Part shown: in pieces, positions 39,195 through 64,000 of the stretch
Position numbering within the stretch: position 1 is the stretch's first letter
How the letters are laid out: each line of letters opens with the position of its first letter
Assembly: GCF_009914755.1 (NCBI RefSeq)
Contig: NC_060935.1
Origin: the human T2T-CHM13v2.0 reference genome, Homo sapiens
Reading direction: 5' to 3' (one strand)
DNA length: 64,000 bases
Notes under the pieces: generated by a model
The model's database searches: none
The model's input: the letters and a program-made list of their open reading frames with translations, nothing else
Told to the model about the DNA's origin: nothing
Position numbers and translations under genes: made by a program

Positions 39195-39452
39195 TTTTAG
39201 GAAGCTGGGGAGGGAGGATCACTTGAAGCTAGACGTTCAAGACCAGCCTGGGCAACAAAGTGAGACCCTGACTCCACTAAAAATTTAAAAATTAGCTAGG
39301 TGTGGTTGTGTGCACCTGTAGTCCAAGCTACTCAAGCAGCTGAGGTGGGAGGATTGCTTGAGCCCAGGAGTTTGAGACTGCAGTGAGCTATGATCACACC
39401 ACTGTACTCCAGCCTAGGTGATAGAGTAAGATCCTATCTCTAAGAAAAAAAA
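39195..39452 (+). mobile_element. AluJ, 5'-truncated
   Basis: J-type dimer lacking first ~30 nt. Confidence 0.8.
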
Positions 39453-39624
39453 ATTAACACCTTCAAAATAGATCTCTTGATCTTGGTCCTCACCTCCAAG
39501 ATCAGTTTTCACCCAGTTTTGTAAATGTCACCTACAGCCGTTCAGTCTCTCATGCCAGATACCTGTGACCCTGAACATCTCTCTCTTTTATCCTGCCACA
39601 ATCCATCATTAAATCCTAACTATT

Positions 39625-39987
<363 letters not shown>

Positions 39988-40096
39988 TTACTACTACCCC
40001 TGTCTGAGACACTGCCATTTCTTACCTAACTAGTAACTTGTAGCTAGTTTTTCCATTTGGGGTCCTGTTCCATTCCTCCAAGAGGAAATCTGCGGT

Positions 40097-40324
40097 TGAA
40101 GACACTAGTAAGAAGGGTAAATGGATGCCAGGTGGCAAAACCACACTTCCCCACCCTTCTGGTTGCTAAGCAACATTTTGCCTTTCAGTTCTAGCTAGTC
40201 TTCTGTTCCTCAAAGCTCTTCTAGTACAAGGGCTGACCTTTCTGTAGTTGGAAGAGGGCCGAACCTAGGAGACATTGAGTGAAGTAGAAAGAGAGCTAGG
40301 ATGGAGATTTGGGTTTTATTCTTG
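40097..40324 (+). repeat. Diverged local duplicate of 37755-37981
   Basis: 67/69 identity over the core (37770-37838 vs 40112-40180), about 81% over the following ~143 bp (hand alignment). Confidence 0.9.
40162..40174. promoter_or_regulatory. Candidate RFX X-box (copy 2)
   Basis: GTTGCTAAGCAAC. Confidence 0.4.
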
Positions 40325-40524
40325 GTTTCCCAAATGTAAATCTGATGGCATTACAGTCCCTCTTACAAGTCTTCGAAGACTGATACATTTGGAATGACAC
40401 CCAAGGTCCCCAGTGTGGCCTGCAGAACCCTGTATGGTCTGGCCCTGCCCACCTCTTCAGACCCCGCCTCCTCTTACTGCATACTCCCCATTTTTCATTT
40501 TTCCTGACACTCCAGCCACTGGCC

Positions 40525-40813
40525 TTTTTTTTTTTTGAGATGGAGTCTCGCTCTGTCGCCCAGTCTGGAGTGCAGTGACGCGATCTCAGCTCACTGCAAC
40601 CTCTGCCTCCTGGGTTCAAGCAATTCTGCCTCAGCCTCCTGAGTAGCTGGGATTATAGGTGCATGCCACCATGCCAGGCTAATTTTTGTATTTTTAGCAG
40701 AGACAGGGTTTCATCATGTTGGCCAGGATGGTCTCGATGTCCTGACCTCGTGATCCATCTGCCTCGGCCTCCCAAAGTGCTGAGATTACAGGCATGAGCC
40801 ACCACGCCCGGCC
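40525..40813 (-). mobile_element. Alu (AluSc-like)
   Basis: Antisense dimer; GCCACTGGCCTTT TSD. Confidence 0.9.
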
Positions 40814-41165
40814 TGCCACTGGCCTTTGTCCATTTCATGAAGAGGCCACATTCCTGCACATGCCAACATCCCACAGTGCTTTCCGCTACTGGGTCTGCTC
40901 TTCCTCCTTTTTGCACATAGCTGCTTCTACTTATCTTTTAGATCTCAGCTGAAAAAGCTCAGGTTATCAGAGTCCTTCCCCAATCATACTAGCCAAGTAG
41001 TTCTCCTGCCCTTCCCCACCTCTGTCCAGGTACTCTCTTTTGGCAGTCTTTGTTTTCTTCATAACCCTTACCACAATTCATATTTATCATTGTGTTCATT
41101 TAGTTGCTTATTGCCTAGCTCCACTAAGTGCTCAATAAATATCTCTCTTTTTTTTTTTTCTTTTT

Positions 41166-41876
<711 letters not shown>

Positions 41877-42159
41877 TGAATGACAGAGCAAACAACAAAA
41901 ATTAAAGACTCTGCTTCTGTGTCTTCTTTGGAAGATTTTCCTCAAAGATGCTACACTGTGAACCACTAATTCTGAGCACCCCATGGGACCAGGAATAAAG
42001 AGAGATGCTGGCACAAGAAATGGTAACTGGCCTACCTCCCTTCTCTAGCCCTAAGAGTACCCACCCAGTGCTGAAGGGGCTTGTGATGCCTTCTCTCCCT
42101 TCTCTCTGCAGTGGGATAAAGTGCCTGGCTGTATATCAAGTTAGTAGGCTGGCCTATCT

Positions 42160-42661
42160 CCCTCTGTTGCCCAGGCTGCAGTGTAGTAGCATGATCTCTG
42201 CTCGCTGCAGTCTTGACCTCTCAGGTTCAAGTGATCCTCCTGCCTCAGCATCCCCAAGTAGCTGGGACTACAGGCATGCACCACCATGCCAGGTTAGGTT
42301 TTTTTTTTAAATTTTTTGTAGACATGAGGTTTCACCATGTTGCCCAGGCTGGTCTCAAACTCCTGGGCTCAAGCGATTCGCCTGCCATGGCCTCCCAAAC
42401 TGCTAGGATTATAGGCGTGAGCTACTGAGCCCAGACTCCCTGTCTGCTCTGTTGACCCTGACCGTGGCCTTCCCTCCCACACATCCACAGGTGCAAGTGC
42501 CTGGATCCTCAAGCCCTTCTGAAATGGCTTTCAGGCTGGGTGCAGTGGCTTGTGCCTGTAATCATAGCTACTTCAGGAGGCTGAGGTGGGAGGATCACTT
42601 GAGCCCAGGAGTTTGAGGCTGTAGTGAGCCGTGATCATGCCACTGCACTCCAGCCTGGGCA

Positions 42662-42692
<31 letters not shown>

Positions 42693-43088
42693 CCTTGTCT
42701 CTAATAATAAATAAATGAATAAATAAATAAATAAATACATAAAATGGCTTTTAGGAAAGGATCCCATACATTTTGGCACACTGGTGAATAAGAACAGGCT
42801 GTATATGCCGGGTGCGGTGGCTCACGCCTGTACTCCCAGCACTTTGCGAGGCTGAGGCAGGTGGATCACTTGAGGTCAGGGGTTTGAGAGCAGCCTGGCC
42901 AACATGGTGAAACCCCATCTCTACTAAAAACACAAAAATTAGCCAGGTGTGGTGGACACCTGTGGTCCTAGCTACTCAGTAGGCTGAGGTGGGAGAATCC
43001 CTTGAACCCAGGAGGCAGAGTTTGCAATGAGTCGAGATCGCACCACTGTACTCCAGCCTGGGTGATAGGTCAAGACTCTGTCTCAAAA

Positions 43089-43120
<32 letters not shown>
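42160..43120. mobile_element. Alu cluster: - AluJ 42160-42435, + monomer with (AG)n 42533-42740, + AluS 42806-43120
   Basis: Alu motifs and tails. Confidence 0.85.
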
Positions 43121-43205
43121 ACAATGGACTCAATATGTTTCATAACAAACTAAAATAATAAGCTAGGATACTTGAGGTGACAAAGGAGTTTTGTGACACT
43201 TCCTA

Positions 43206-43363
43206 CAGGACTGACTATGTAACTTACAGGGCCTGGAACAAAATGAAAATATAGATCCCGTGTTGGAAAATTATTAAAAATTTCAAGACAGTGTCAGCAG
43301 AGCATTCAGCCACGTGCAAGGGCACCTCTAAACTGAGATTGCACACCCATGACACTGGCCCTG
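43206..43363. mobile_element. MER45A-like hAT-Tip100 MITE
   Basis: CAGGACTGAC..AAAATGAAAAT..AATTATTAAAAATTTCAAGAC..GCAGAGCATT..GCACACCCATGACACTGGCCCTG. Confidence 0.7.
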
Positions 43364-43545
43364 CTTGCTGCCTTTGGAGGCAGGCCAGGAGACTCATTTA
43401 GATTTTCTGGGCTGGCCCTGCTCTCTCTGTGGACACTGCAACTTCCCAGAGATCCTTTTCCTGCCAGTTCAAGAATGATACTTGTTCCACACACAACTCT
43501 CTGCAGCCAGGATAGACCAGGCATACAAGAGGCTGCTGCCACTTC

Positions 43546-43843
<298 letters not shown>

Positions 43844-44322
43844 TGCTACCACTTCTTGACCAAAAATTTCCCTCAGACTCAATGGTTTATAGCTGTCAGC
43901 TGACTCAGAGCAGAGCCATTTATTTTCTTTTATCTAGAAGCTTAGGGAAGCAGGAAAGTTGTTTTTGTAAGACTCCCTAGAAGGTAAACATGATGACATT
44001 TTTTTCATTCTGTTTACAGGACATATTGGCATGAAGGGAATTTCTGTTGCCACCACATGCTGCTGTTTACCTGTCCTTCACACACCTCCAGCCAGCCAGT
44101 GGGACAGCTGCTGCAGTAGCCCAGTCTTCCAGAACTTGACCTTTTTTTAGGGGAGGGGAGCAGCGTGGAGAGGGAGAGTGTGGGCAGGCCCAGGCGGGTG
44201 ACTCTGAATAAGAGTGGGAGGGGACAGTAGCTTGTTTCCTGAAAGCCACCAAAGGAAACTCTGAACTTCATTCACCAAATTTTTCAATCAATATATATTT
44301 ATTTAAAAAAATTGTGACTAGA

Positions 44323-44623
<301 letters not shown>

Positions 44624-44707
44624 TTAATCGATTTTATTTTTGAATAGGTACTGTATTGTTGTGGTTTAAAACTCAAAAGTTACAAAAAGGCTTATTGTGG
44701 AAAATCT

Positions 44708-45580
<873 letters not shown>

Positions 45581-45651
45581 ATGATGAAAAATCTTTCCTA
45601 CTTCCAAGTTATCCAGTTACCCTACCCTGTAGGCAGTCATCATAACTCATT

Positions 45652-46106
<455 letters not shown>

Positions 46107-46742
46107 GTCATAACTAATTTATTGTATCCCTTTTTTTGTTTGCACAAACAAGCAAATATGTATACATCTTCCCCCTTCTTTCACCAGCGATAGCCTACCT
46201 TAACACTTGTTGTTTTCACTTAACAATATATCCAGGAAATCTTTCTCTATATTAGTTCACAAAGAGCTTCCGTGTTATTTTATATAGGTGTGCTTACTAT
46301 CCTCATTGCATAACTGTATTGTAATTTATTTAACCAAGTGGACATTTAGGTTCTTCCAGTCTTTCATTATTATAAACAATGGTGTAATATATAACTTTGA
46401 TGATTGAGGTTCAGAGCTTCTCTCGGTTCCTTTAAGAAAAGTGTAAGTCAGATTCACCCTCACATTCTCATTCACAGTCACTCTGAATCAAAGGGCGTGT
46501 GCATGTGTGCGTTTGAGAGATTCTACCATTCAGCCCTCTATGGATTTCAAAAAGTATCCATGGAGTGCCCGTTGGTGTTGACACTGTTGGAAAACACTGG
46601 AGAGAACAGCAGTGATACAAGGGACCCTGCTCTTATGGGGATGCAGTCTGGTTGGCGGCCTGGGAAGGAGACCAACAATCAAGAACCCAAATGAATGAAC
46701 GAGAGAATTTCAGATAGTGATAAATGTGAAAAAAAAATCGTG

Positions 46743-47730
<988 letters not shown>

Positions 47731-48626
47731 TCAGTCCAGAATCAGAACTGATGAGACAGATGCTGGCTGCTGTGCCCAGTGAATGCATCTCTTCCACTCC
47801 TGCCTCTATACATGTTTTTCTGTCGTCCTTTCCATTTGCATGACAGGCAGTTCCTTATTGTTTCTGCCTTTTAAAATCCTTCCTATTCTTCAAGTCCCAG
47901 TTCAAATCCTCCTTGTCCATGAAATTTCCCCTCCTTACGCCTGGCCTAAATACGTAGGATCCCGGAAGTCATCGTCTTTTTTCCTTACAAGGTAGGCTTG
48001 TTTGGGGGCAGAAGCCTTGACACACATACCCACTTCTGTTTCTCCCCCAGAGCCTGCACAATTGAGCCTTTTCCATAACAGGCGCACAACACACATGTGC
48101 TGGCTGCAGAGTAAAAGTGTTGGCCCTGACTTGTAAGGTGACACTGTCGGTAAATGTGAGCTGGTGATGCTTAGGGGAGGGCGATTAGCACATTGTTGTT
48201 GCTTGGAGTTGTTCAAGCAGCTCTATTTCCCATCCAAGTCAGCACTCTCTTGTTTTCTATTTTGGGTCCTATTTCGCCAGAATGCTTAAACAAAGGGGAA
48301 ATCATCAAAAACCACAGTAGAGACTGATGGGGTGGAGGAAAAGGCAGAAATAAGCAGGTGTTTTACCATTTGTAAAGTGGGGATAATATGTGTGCCCACC
48401 TCATGAGGAGGTTATAAGGAATGAGGGATCATGCATATAAATTGCTTAACCCCGTACTTGGAACTATTATAATAATTATAAATATCAACAACTGCCTATT
48501 TATATCACTCTCATTCTCCTATTGCCTAATGTTCTCTCAAGTATTCTGAACCCTATTTTCCCCTAATCAAACAGCCAAGACCAATTGGATAGAACTTTTT
48601 TTGATGATTGAAATACTCTGCTGGAC

Positions 48627-49430
<804 letters not shown>

Positions 49431-49465
49431 TACAAGTAAGAATAAATATTCCACGTCTGCATTGT

Positions 49466-50212
<747 letters not shown>

Positions 50213-50744
50213 CCAGAAATTATGAGTGATGGGAAGAAAAAACTTTTAACAGAAAAATGTTTAAGAGAATCTTTTTTAAAGACAGTACTTTTAAAGAGTT
50301 CTTTAGAGAACTAAATTCATTTTATCTGATTTATAATACAAGAATATATTATATAGACTTTAAGTAACTTACAAAATGTTGGGATGCTTAAAGACATACA
50401 AACCCTTAACAAAAGAGACATCTTTCCCCTTTTTGTCCTTCCTGTTCTTCCACTTTTTCCTTCTTCCTCCTTCTTCAACTCTAGTAGCTCTGTTTCACTG
50501 TTTCTCCTTCTGCATCCTCCTTTTTCTGGCAAGAGGTGAGAACAGCCTCAGTGGATGGAGGGTTGATAGGGAGAAACCGCCTTAGTTCACTTCTCTTCTG
50601 TTCCTGCGAGTGGCACCATCCCAGGTCTGTTCTGTCCCGGGAGAGGGACTGCCACTGGGTTGTTCATTAGATGCAGGTGACACAGACAGTGCAGGACAAC
50701 CCAGTGGTAAAATCATGAGGTTTTTTTTTTTAATCCATTCCTTG

Positions 50745-51124
<380 letters not shown>

Positions 51125-51225
51125 TTAAATTAGGAAATAAAAACCCGGGACTCCTAACCCCAGTCCTGTGCTTGTTCTATAACTCACAGTGGATGGTCCA
51201 CATATTTTTCCAATATTTTTTCTTA

Positions 51226-51960
<735 letters not shown>

Positions 51961-52529
51961 CTACTGTTATTTATTTTGTGTGTTTGCTTTTTAGAAAAGA
52001 GCACGTGCCTGAGTGTTGGTGGAAAGTTACTAACCAAAGCAAGACATTTTTCATATTAAACACATTCATCTGATATGGAAAATAACCTTTAACAGACAAC
52101 ATGCAAGTAAGATGAATGTAGCTGAGTTTGCATAAGAGTACCTATTTTTCCTAGCAATTACATAGCAGTGTACTATGAAGTACTATTAAGTTAAGTCTCT
52201 AGAGTCAGATTCTTGCTCTAGAGTCAGACACCTAGAAGCTGTTTGATCTTGGGCAGGTGACTTACCCTTTCTGAATTTCAGTTTCTTCTTGTAAAATGGA
52301 GTTAACAATAGTACCTACCTCAAAGAGTAGCTGACTAAAAGGGAATCCATGTAAAGCTTACAGCATAGCACCTGACTCATAGTAAGCTTTCAATAAATTG
52401 TCATTATTATCATTTACTTAGTATTATAGATATGAGATGTGTGAGCTTTGCAAATTAAGTGCTATGCAAATGAAAATTATTTAAATTATATATATATTTT
52501 TAAGTAATTATAAAAATACCCCAGATTCC

Positions 52530-53761
<1,232 letters not shown>

Positions 53762-54396
53762 GAATATGAACATATTACATACATATGTATGCCTGTATGT
53801 GTGTGGAGAGAGAAATTGATCAAGCAAATGCAGTCAGTAAAATGTTAACATTTGGGTAATTTGGGTGAAGGATATACTGTTATTCTTGTAATATTCTTGT
53901 AGTATTTTTCTGTAAATCTAAAATTATGTCAAAATAAATGTTAATTTATAAAATCCTTGAACTTTGACAAGGTCCTCAGAAAAGGAATAAAATGAGGACA
54001 GAATTTTAAAATGCAAAAACAAAGTTTGTTTTTGTAAAAATAACCCATAGCTACGGGGGAAGAGATGTTACTTAAGGAGAGATTGTTTTCAGAATATAAA
54101 TTAGGAGGCCTGGGCCTTCATTTAAGCATCTGCTGATTTAAGGCTCCGACAAATGCTGGCAGAGTATCTCCAATAGAGGGCGGTACAACATTACGAAGAA
54201 TAAACCATATCACATGGGTTTTGGGTAACGTTATTTAAAGTGGATTAAAGTGTTAACAAGTATAACAAAAGTACCAAGAATCTTAGAGCTGAATGCTAAC
54301 CACATCCCATTTTACAGATGTGCAAACTGAGACTCAAAGTGGGAAAACAACTTGGTCAAAGTCATAGCTACAAGTAGCACAAATGCCTTGCAAATA

Positions 54397-55396
<1,000 letters not shown>

Positions 55397-55807
55397 TAAT
55401 AGCCACAGCTATCATTCCTTGAAGTCTTACTAATGTGCCAGGCACAGTCCTAAGCACTTTATATACATTATCTACGTAATTATACAATCCCTCCCCGTTT
55501 TTTTTTTTTTAGCTCAAGTTGAGGCTCAGATAAGTCAGCCACTTGTCTGACAGCACTAAAAAATGAGATTCTGACAGTGCCCATAGCTAACATGCCATTC
55601 TGTCCCACCTACCCTTAAAGAATTGATCCCTAGTAGGGGAGCCACAACACAGCCATCAAAAGAGAAATCCATCCAATATGTACTGTTGGATATATACCCA
55701 GCAGGAGCCAGAGATTCAGTGAAGGAAGATTCTTAGGACTGAAAAGAACAGAAAAGGAAGGTGCCCCCAAATGGGGGAGGGGGGTGTGAGTCTTCTGTGA
55801 AAATGGA

Positions 55808-56281
<474 letters not shown>

Positions 56282-56544
56282 TTAGAGATGAAAAGAAAGC
56301 AGAGTAGAGAGAGGATATGAAGAGAAAATAAAGAGGGGAGGAAAAGCATCCACTCTTGTTAAGGAGGGCCATGAGCCTAAAATGTTGACTCCTCCTATCC
56401 CCACTACCCTGTGTCTCCTCTAAAGAATCCACCAGCTGGTCTTGTTAGCTCTACTTCCAGAAACGTCCGTGATTCCTCCACTTCTCTCCATCTGCACTGC
56501 CACCTGCCTTCAGGCCACATCACCCCTCACCTGGTCTTCTTACT

Positions 56545-57579
<1,035 letters not shown>

Positions 57580-58108
57580 TGTGTGATCATCTTTTATCAG
57601 CTTCCTGCTGCACTTGGAATAGAATCAAAGCTCCTGGCCAGGCTGTTTGAGCTGGCCCCTGCCCACCTTCCTGACCTTATCTCCTACCAATCTCCCTTGC
57701 CCTCGTTACTTCCTTCAATTCACCCCGAGGACATGAGAAGCTTGTTTTCAGGGGCCTTTGCATTTGCTTTTTCTTTTGTCTGGAACACTCTGCTTCCAGG
57801 TCTCTGCATGGCTGTCCCCTTCCTACTCAGGTCTTCCTTAAATGTGTGCCCACAGAGAAGACTTCCTGACCACTAGGTCCAGCGCAGCCCCAGTGCCTTT
57901 CTGTCACTGCACCCTGATTCATGACGTTGTGTGTGCTCCTGCTATCACAGCCTGGCCCTCATCACTGTCTGCAATAATCGTACTCCTGTGTTTGCTTGTT
58001 TATTGTCCATTTTTCCCTCTAGAATGTAAACTGCATGAGGATAGAAATTTCTCTTGTTCATCACACCAGTGCCTACAGCTATGAGTGTTTGGCAATAGTA
58101 GGGATGTA

Positions 58109-59600
<1,492 letters not shown>

Positions 59601-59839
59601 TTAACAATCAGGTCATAGGATTTAAGAATTTAAAGTCTTAGCTCCAGAAGAGACCCAGTCCAAGTCTTTTCATTTTACAGATAAGGAAAAATGAGATTAG
59701 AGAAGGGAAGTGACTTGCCCAAGGTCAAGAGGCCAAAAGTGTTTCTTCTGTTTTCCAGAGATATTTCTTCTCTCTGAGTTAGGTTTCTTCATTTCGAAAA
59801 TACAGAGTCAAATCCTTCTGCACAGGGCTAAATTAATAT

Positions 59840-60571
<732 letters not shown>

Positions 60572-62128
60572 TAGTGAAATGTGTGTGTGTGTGTCTGTGT
60601 CTGTGTCTGTGTTTGTGTTCTGTGATGATAGGTGCTATGGAGAAAAATCAAGCAGGAAAGAGGAGCAGGGACTTGCCAGAGGCAGGGGAGGGACTGGAAT
60701 TGTAAATAGGGGGATCCAGGAGGGACTCTCAGAAAAAGTGACGCAGATTCTGGGCTGCACCTTAGCACAGTGAAGGGGGACACTTTTTAAAGAACTATAC
60801 TTGTTCTTGGGTAGCAGAGTCCTGAGGGAAGACTGACTTTGCTAGGATTCGGGGTGATGACCGTCGACACTGGCTTGGAGCAGAGGCTACAGAAATGAAA
60901 TCTTCCCTATCAGCACTCTTCTAGACCATCAGATGTTAACTTTCTGCTTCCTTCTTGAAAACCAAACCCAAGCTAAAGACTTCAGGGGGTAGCAGAAATA
61001 ATTTGCACTACGACTCATCTTCAAGTCTTCTTTGGGAAAGGGCAGGGACTGACATTGGTCCATTCCTACTATATGCCAAGTGCAGTGCTGGCCTCCTCCA
61101 TACACCGTCCCATTTTATCCTCCAGGCAGCCCTGCAAGGGGGTATTTTTGTCCCCATTTTGGAGATGAGGTAACTGAGGCTCAGTGTGCGCATGTGACTT
61201 GCCCCACGTCGGCACAGCTGGTCAAAGATAGATCAGAGATTCAAATGCCGGGCCAGTTGGCCTGGCACCATATCCTGTACCCTCTCTGTGGCATCACAGC
61301 CTCTTCCGCAGATGGAGAGCAGGAGTGGCTTGAAAGCCACTACTGAAACCTTTCCCAAAAGGCAATTTAGAAATTGTATAGTCCAACTCCTTCATTTCAC
61401 AATGCAAATGAGATAACGTGTGAATGCCTGCCTAAACACCTTATAAGCATACAATGAATGTTGGTTTTCTGTCTTTGCAGGTTAGAGATGTGGTTGCTTG
61501 CCTGAGATCGCACAGCAGGTTAGCAGCAAAGCTTGTATTCTAAAGCAGCCTCTGGACCTCCAGATCCCTCTGTCCTAGATTCACTACCCTCGGAGCCACT
61601 TCATGTTTAGTGGTCAAAGACTGTATTGTCAATGACAAAGAGAAAGAGGAAGAACTGTCAGGCTACAGAGGGCCAGATGCCCAGTTCTCAAGACCCCATG
61701 GGCAGGAGGGGAACAAGAAGAAAGTGGGAAGCTCTGCCCTACTCCTCCCCATCCCCAGATGGGGAGGGATGGAGAGGCAAGAGAAAACCTCTCTAGATGG
61801 CCTTTGTTCACACTTACAGCCAAGCGGTATTTATTCAGCACCGTTGGGTGCTAGACACCGAGGATCAGGAACTGCATGCAGGAGCAAAACTCATCTCAGC
61901 CCTTGGTGCTGGCAGGTTAGTTAGTGGGAGGGACAGAGGAGCAAACAGATTGTGAAACCTACCACTGGGGTCAGCAGAAGGATGAGTGATGTGTTCAAGG
62001 TTGCAGGACTGTCAGGTGATTCCTGTGATGTCTTCACACCGTTGTTTCTGGCAGAAATTGCCTAAAAATATTCACTCCTTCGTCAATGAGCTGTGATCAT
62101 GTAAGGTTTCTATAAAAATGATGATTAT

Positions 62129-62709
<581 letters not shown>

Positions 62710-62759
<50 letters not shown>
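62710..62759. repeat. (AC)25 microsatellite replacing an Alu tail
   Basis: Perfect dinucleotide run. Confidence 0.95.
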
Positions 62760-62761
<2 letters not shown>

Positions 62762-62930
62762 GGTCTGCTGAAATCTCAGTGAAGCTGCACAGACACGCAT
62801 CTGTTACAGTGAATTTGCTTTTCCAAGTTCTTTGCTTTAAGAGGCAGGGTGGCGGTGGGTACTGAGAGCTGGCGTGGGGCTGGCTGTCTTGGTTTCACAT
62901 TCACTGGAGTAACCCTAATAACAATAATAA

Positions 62931-63245
<315 letters not shown>

Positions 63246-63259
63246 AATAATGGCAATTA

Positions 63260-63780
63260 TTATAGGTGGGAGGGGGTGGGGGGAAGACAGAGAGAGGGAG
63301 GGGGACAGGCTAAGGGTGGGGGTGGGCCAAGTCAGGAGAAGGCGTGGTTTGCATTTAGTTTTCCCAGCAACCAATTAGGTCACTCCATTATTCTTGCTTT
63401 TTCACAGCTGAAAAGACACAGGCTCAGAGAACTCCAAGGCCACACAGCTGGTGAAAATTCTAATTTAAAGCCATGTAGGCTCCATTTCTCCATCTATGTG
63501 TGTGTGTGTGGGGGGGGGCGGGGTGTGACACGGGGACTTAATTCCTTCTCTTTTAATGAGAAAATGCCACGTGGCGGAGGTGGGGAGGGTGGGAGGAGTC
63601 CCGGCGATTTCCGTGTCTAGGACTGAAGCCTCCCTACTTTTGGAGCTGCCTGGCTTTGTTTGGAAAAGTCACCAGGAGGGCCTTTCTGAGAACTCAGGGC
63701 AAATCCCCGCCCATTGTCTTTGAGGACGAGGGTGGGGTCACCCCAATCTCGCAGTTGCAGCGGACTGCGCTAGGAGTTCT
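63260..63780. promoter_or_regulatory. Candidate promoter/enhancer-like motif cluster
   Basis: GC boxes GGGGCGGGG 63515-63523 and CCCCGCCC 63705-63712, palindromic E-box GCCACGTGGC 63566-63575, TTCTGAGAA 63684-63692, CCAAT 63743-63747, G-run tracts; motif evidence only. Confidence 0.35.
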
Positions 63781-63901
63781 TTTTAGTGATGTGAATTGGG
63801 TGTCTTTTTAGCAGACCTTCACCCTTGGGGAGTCAGGGAGAAATAGTATTCCTGGAGGGAGATTCCAACTGGACAGTGGTTCCTCCCTAGGAGGTTACTG
63901 G

Positions 63902-63944
63902 AGATTAAATAATGGAGACTAAGATTCAATAATGGAGACTAAGA
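63902..63944. repeat. 20-bp tandem duplication
   Basis: AGATT(A/C)AATAATGGAGACTA x2. Confidence 0.9.
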
Positions 63945-64000
63945 AGATACCGTGGGCCCTTGTGACTGCCTCCTCTGAGCCATCACGTTTTCATTCACTC

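Overview
Hominoid (human-like) non-coding DNA, either intergenic or a large intron, dominated by transposable elements. It holds roughly 80-90 Alu copies or fragments (hand estimate, about 35-40% of the window) and a 5'-intact old L1M element (~7.5-19.1 kb). That L1 hosts two same-orientation SVA retrotransposons (one full length, one 3'-shortened but with poly(A) and TSD), an MST LTR and a complete piggyBac-type MER75 with TTAA TSDs. Elsewhere are MaLR/ERVL LTRs, hAT and Tigger MITEs, MIR/L2 remnants and microsatellites. The only gene-derived sequences I recognise are an intronless SEC61B retrocopy with an intact 96-codon ORF (minus strand) and a 32-nt 5' U2 snRNA retro-fragment. Almost all other ORFs in the track are Alu, SVA or L1 artefacts, and I found no spliced exons. 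I cannot support a new gene system here. The most unusual unexplained structure is four short (120-330 bp) copies pasted 1-3 kb from their donors without retrotransposition hallmarks. One of them duplicates a module whose 69-bp core, containing a palindromic RFX X-box, is far more similar between copies (67/69) than its flank (~81%). Repeat family and subfamily calls are from recalled consensus features, and repeat boundaries are approximate.
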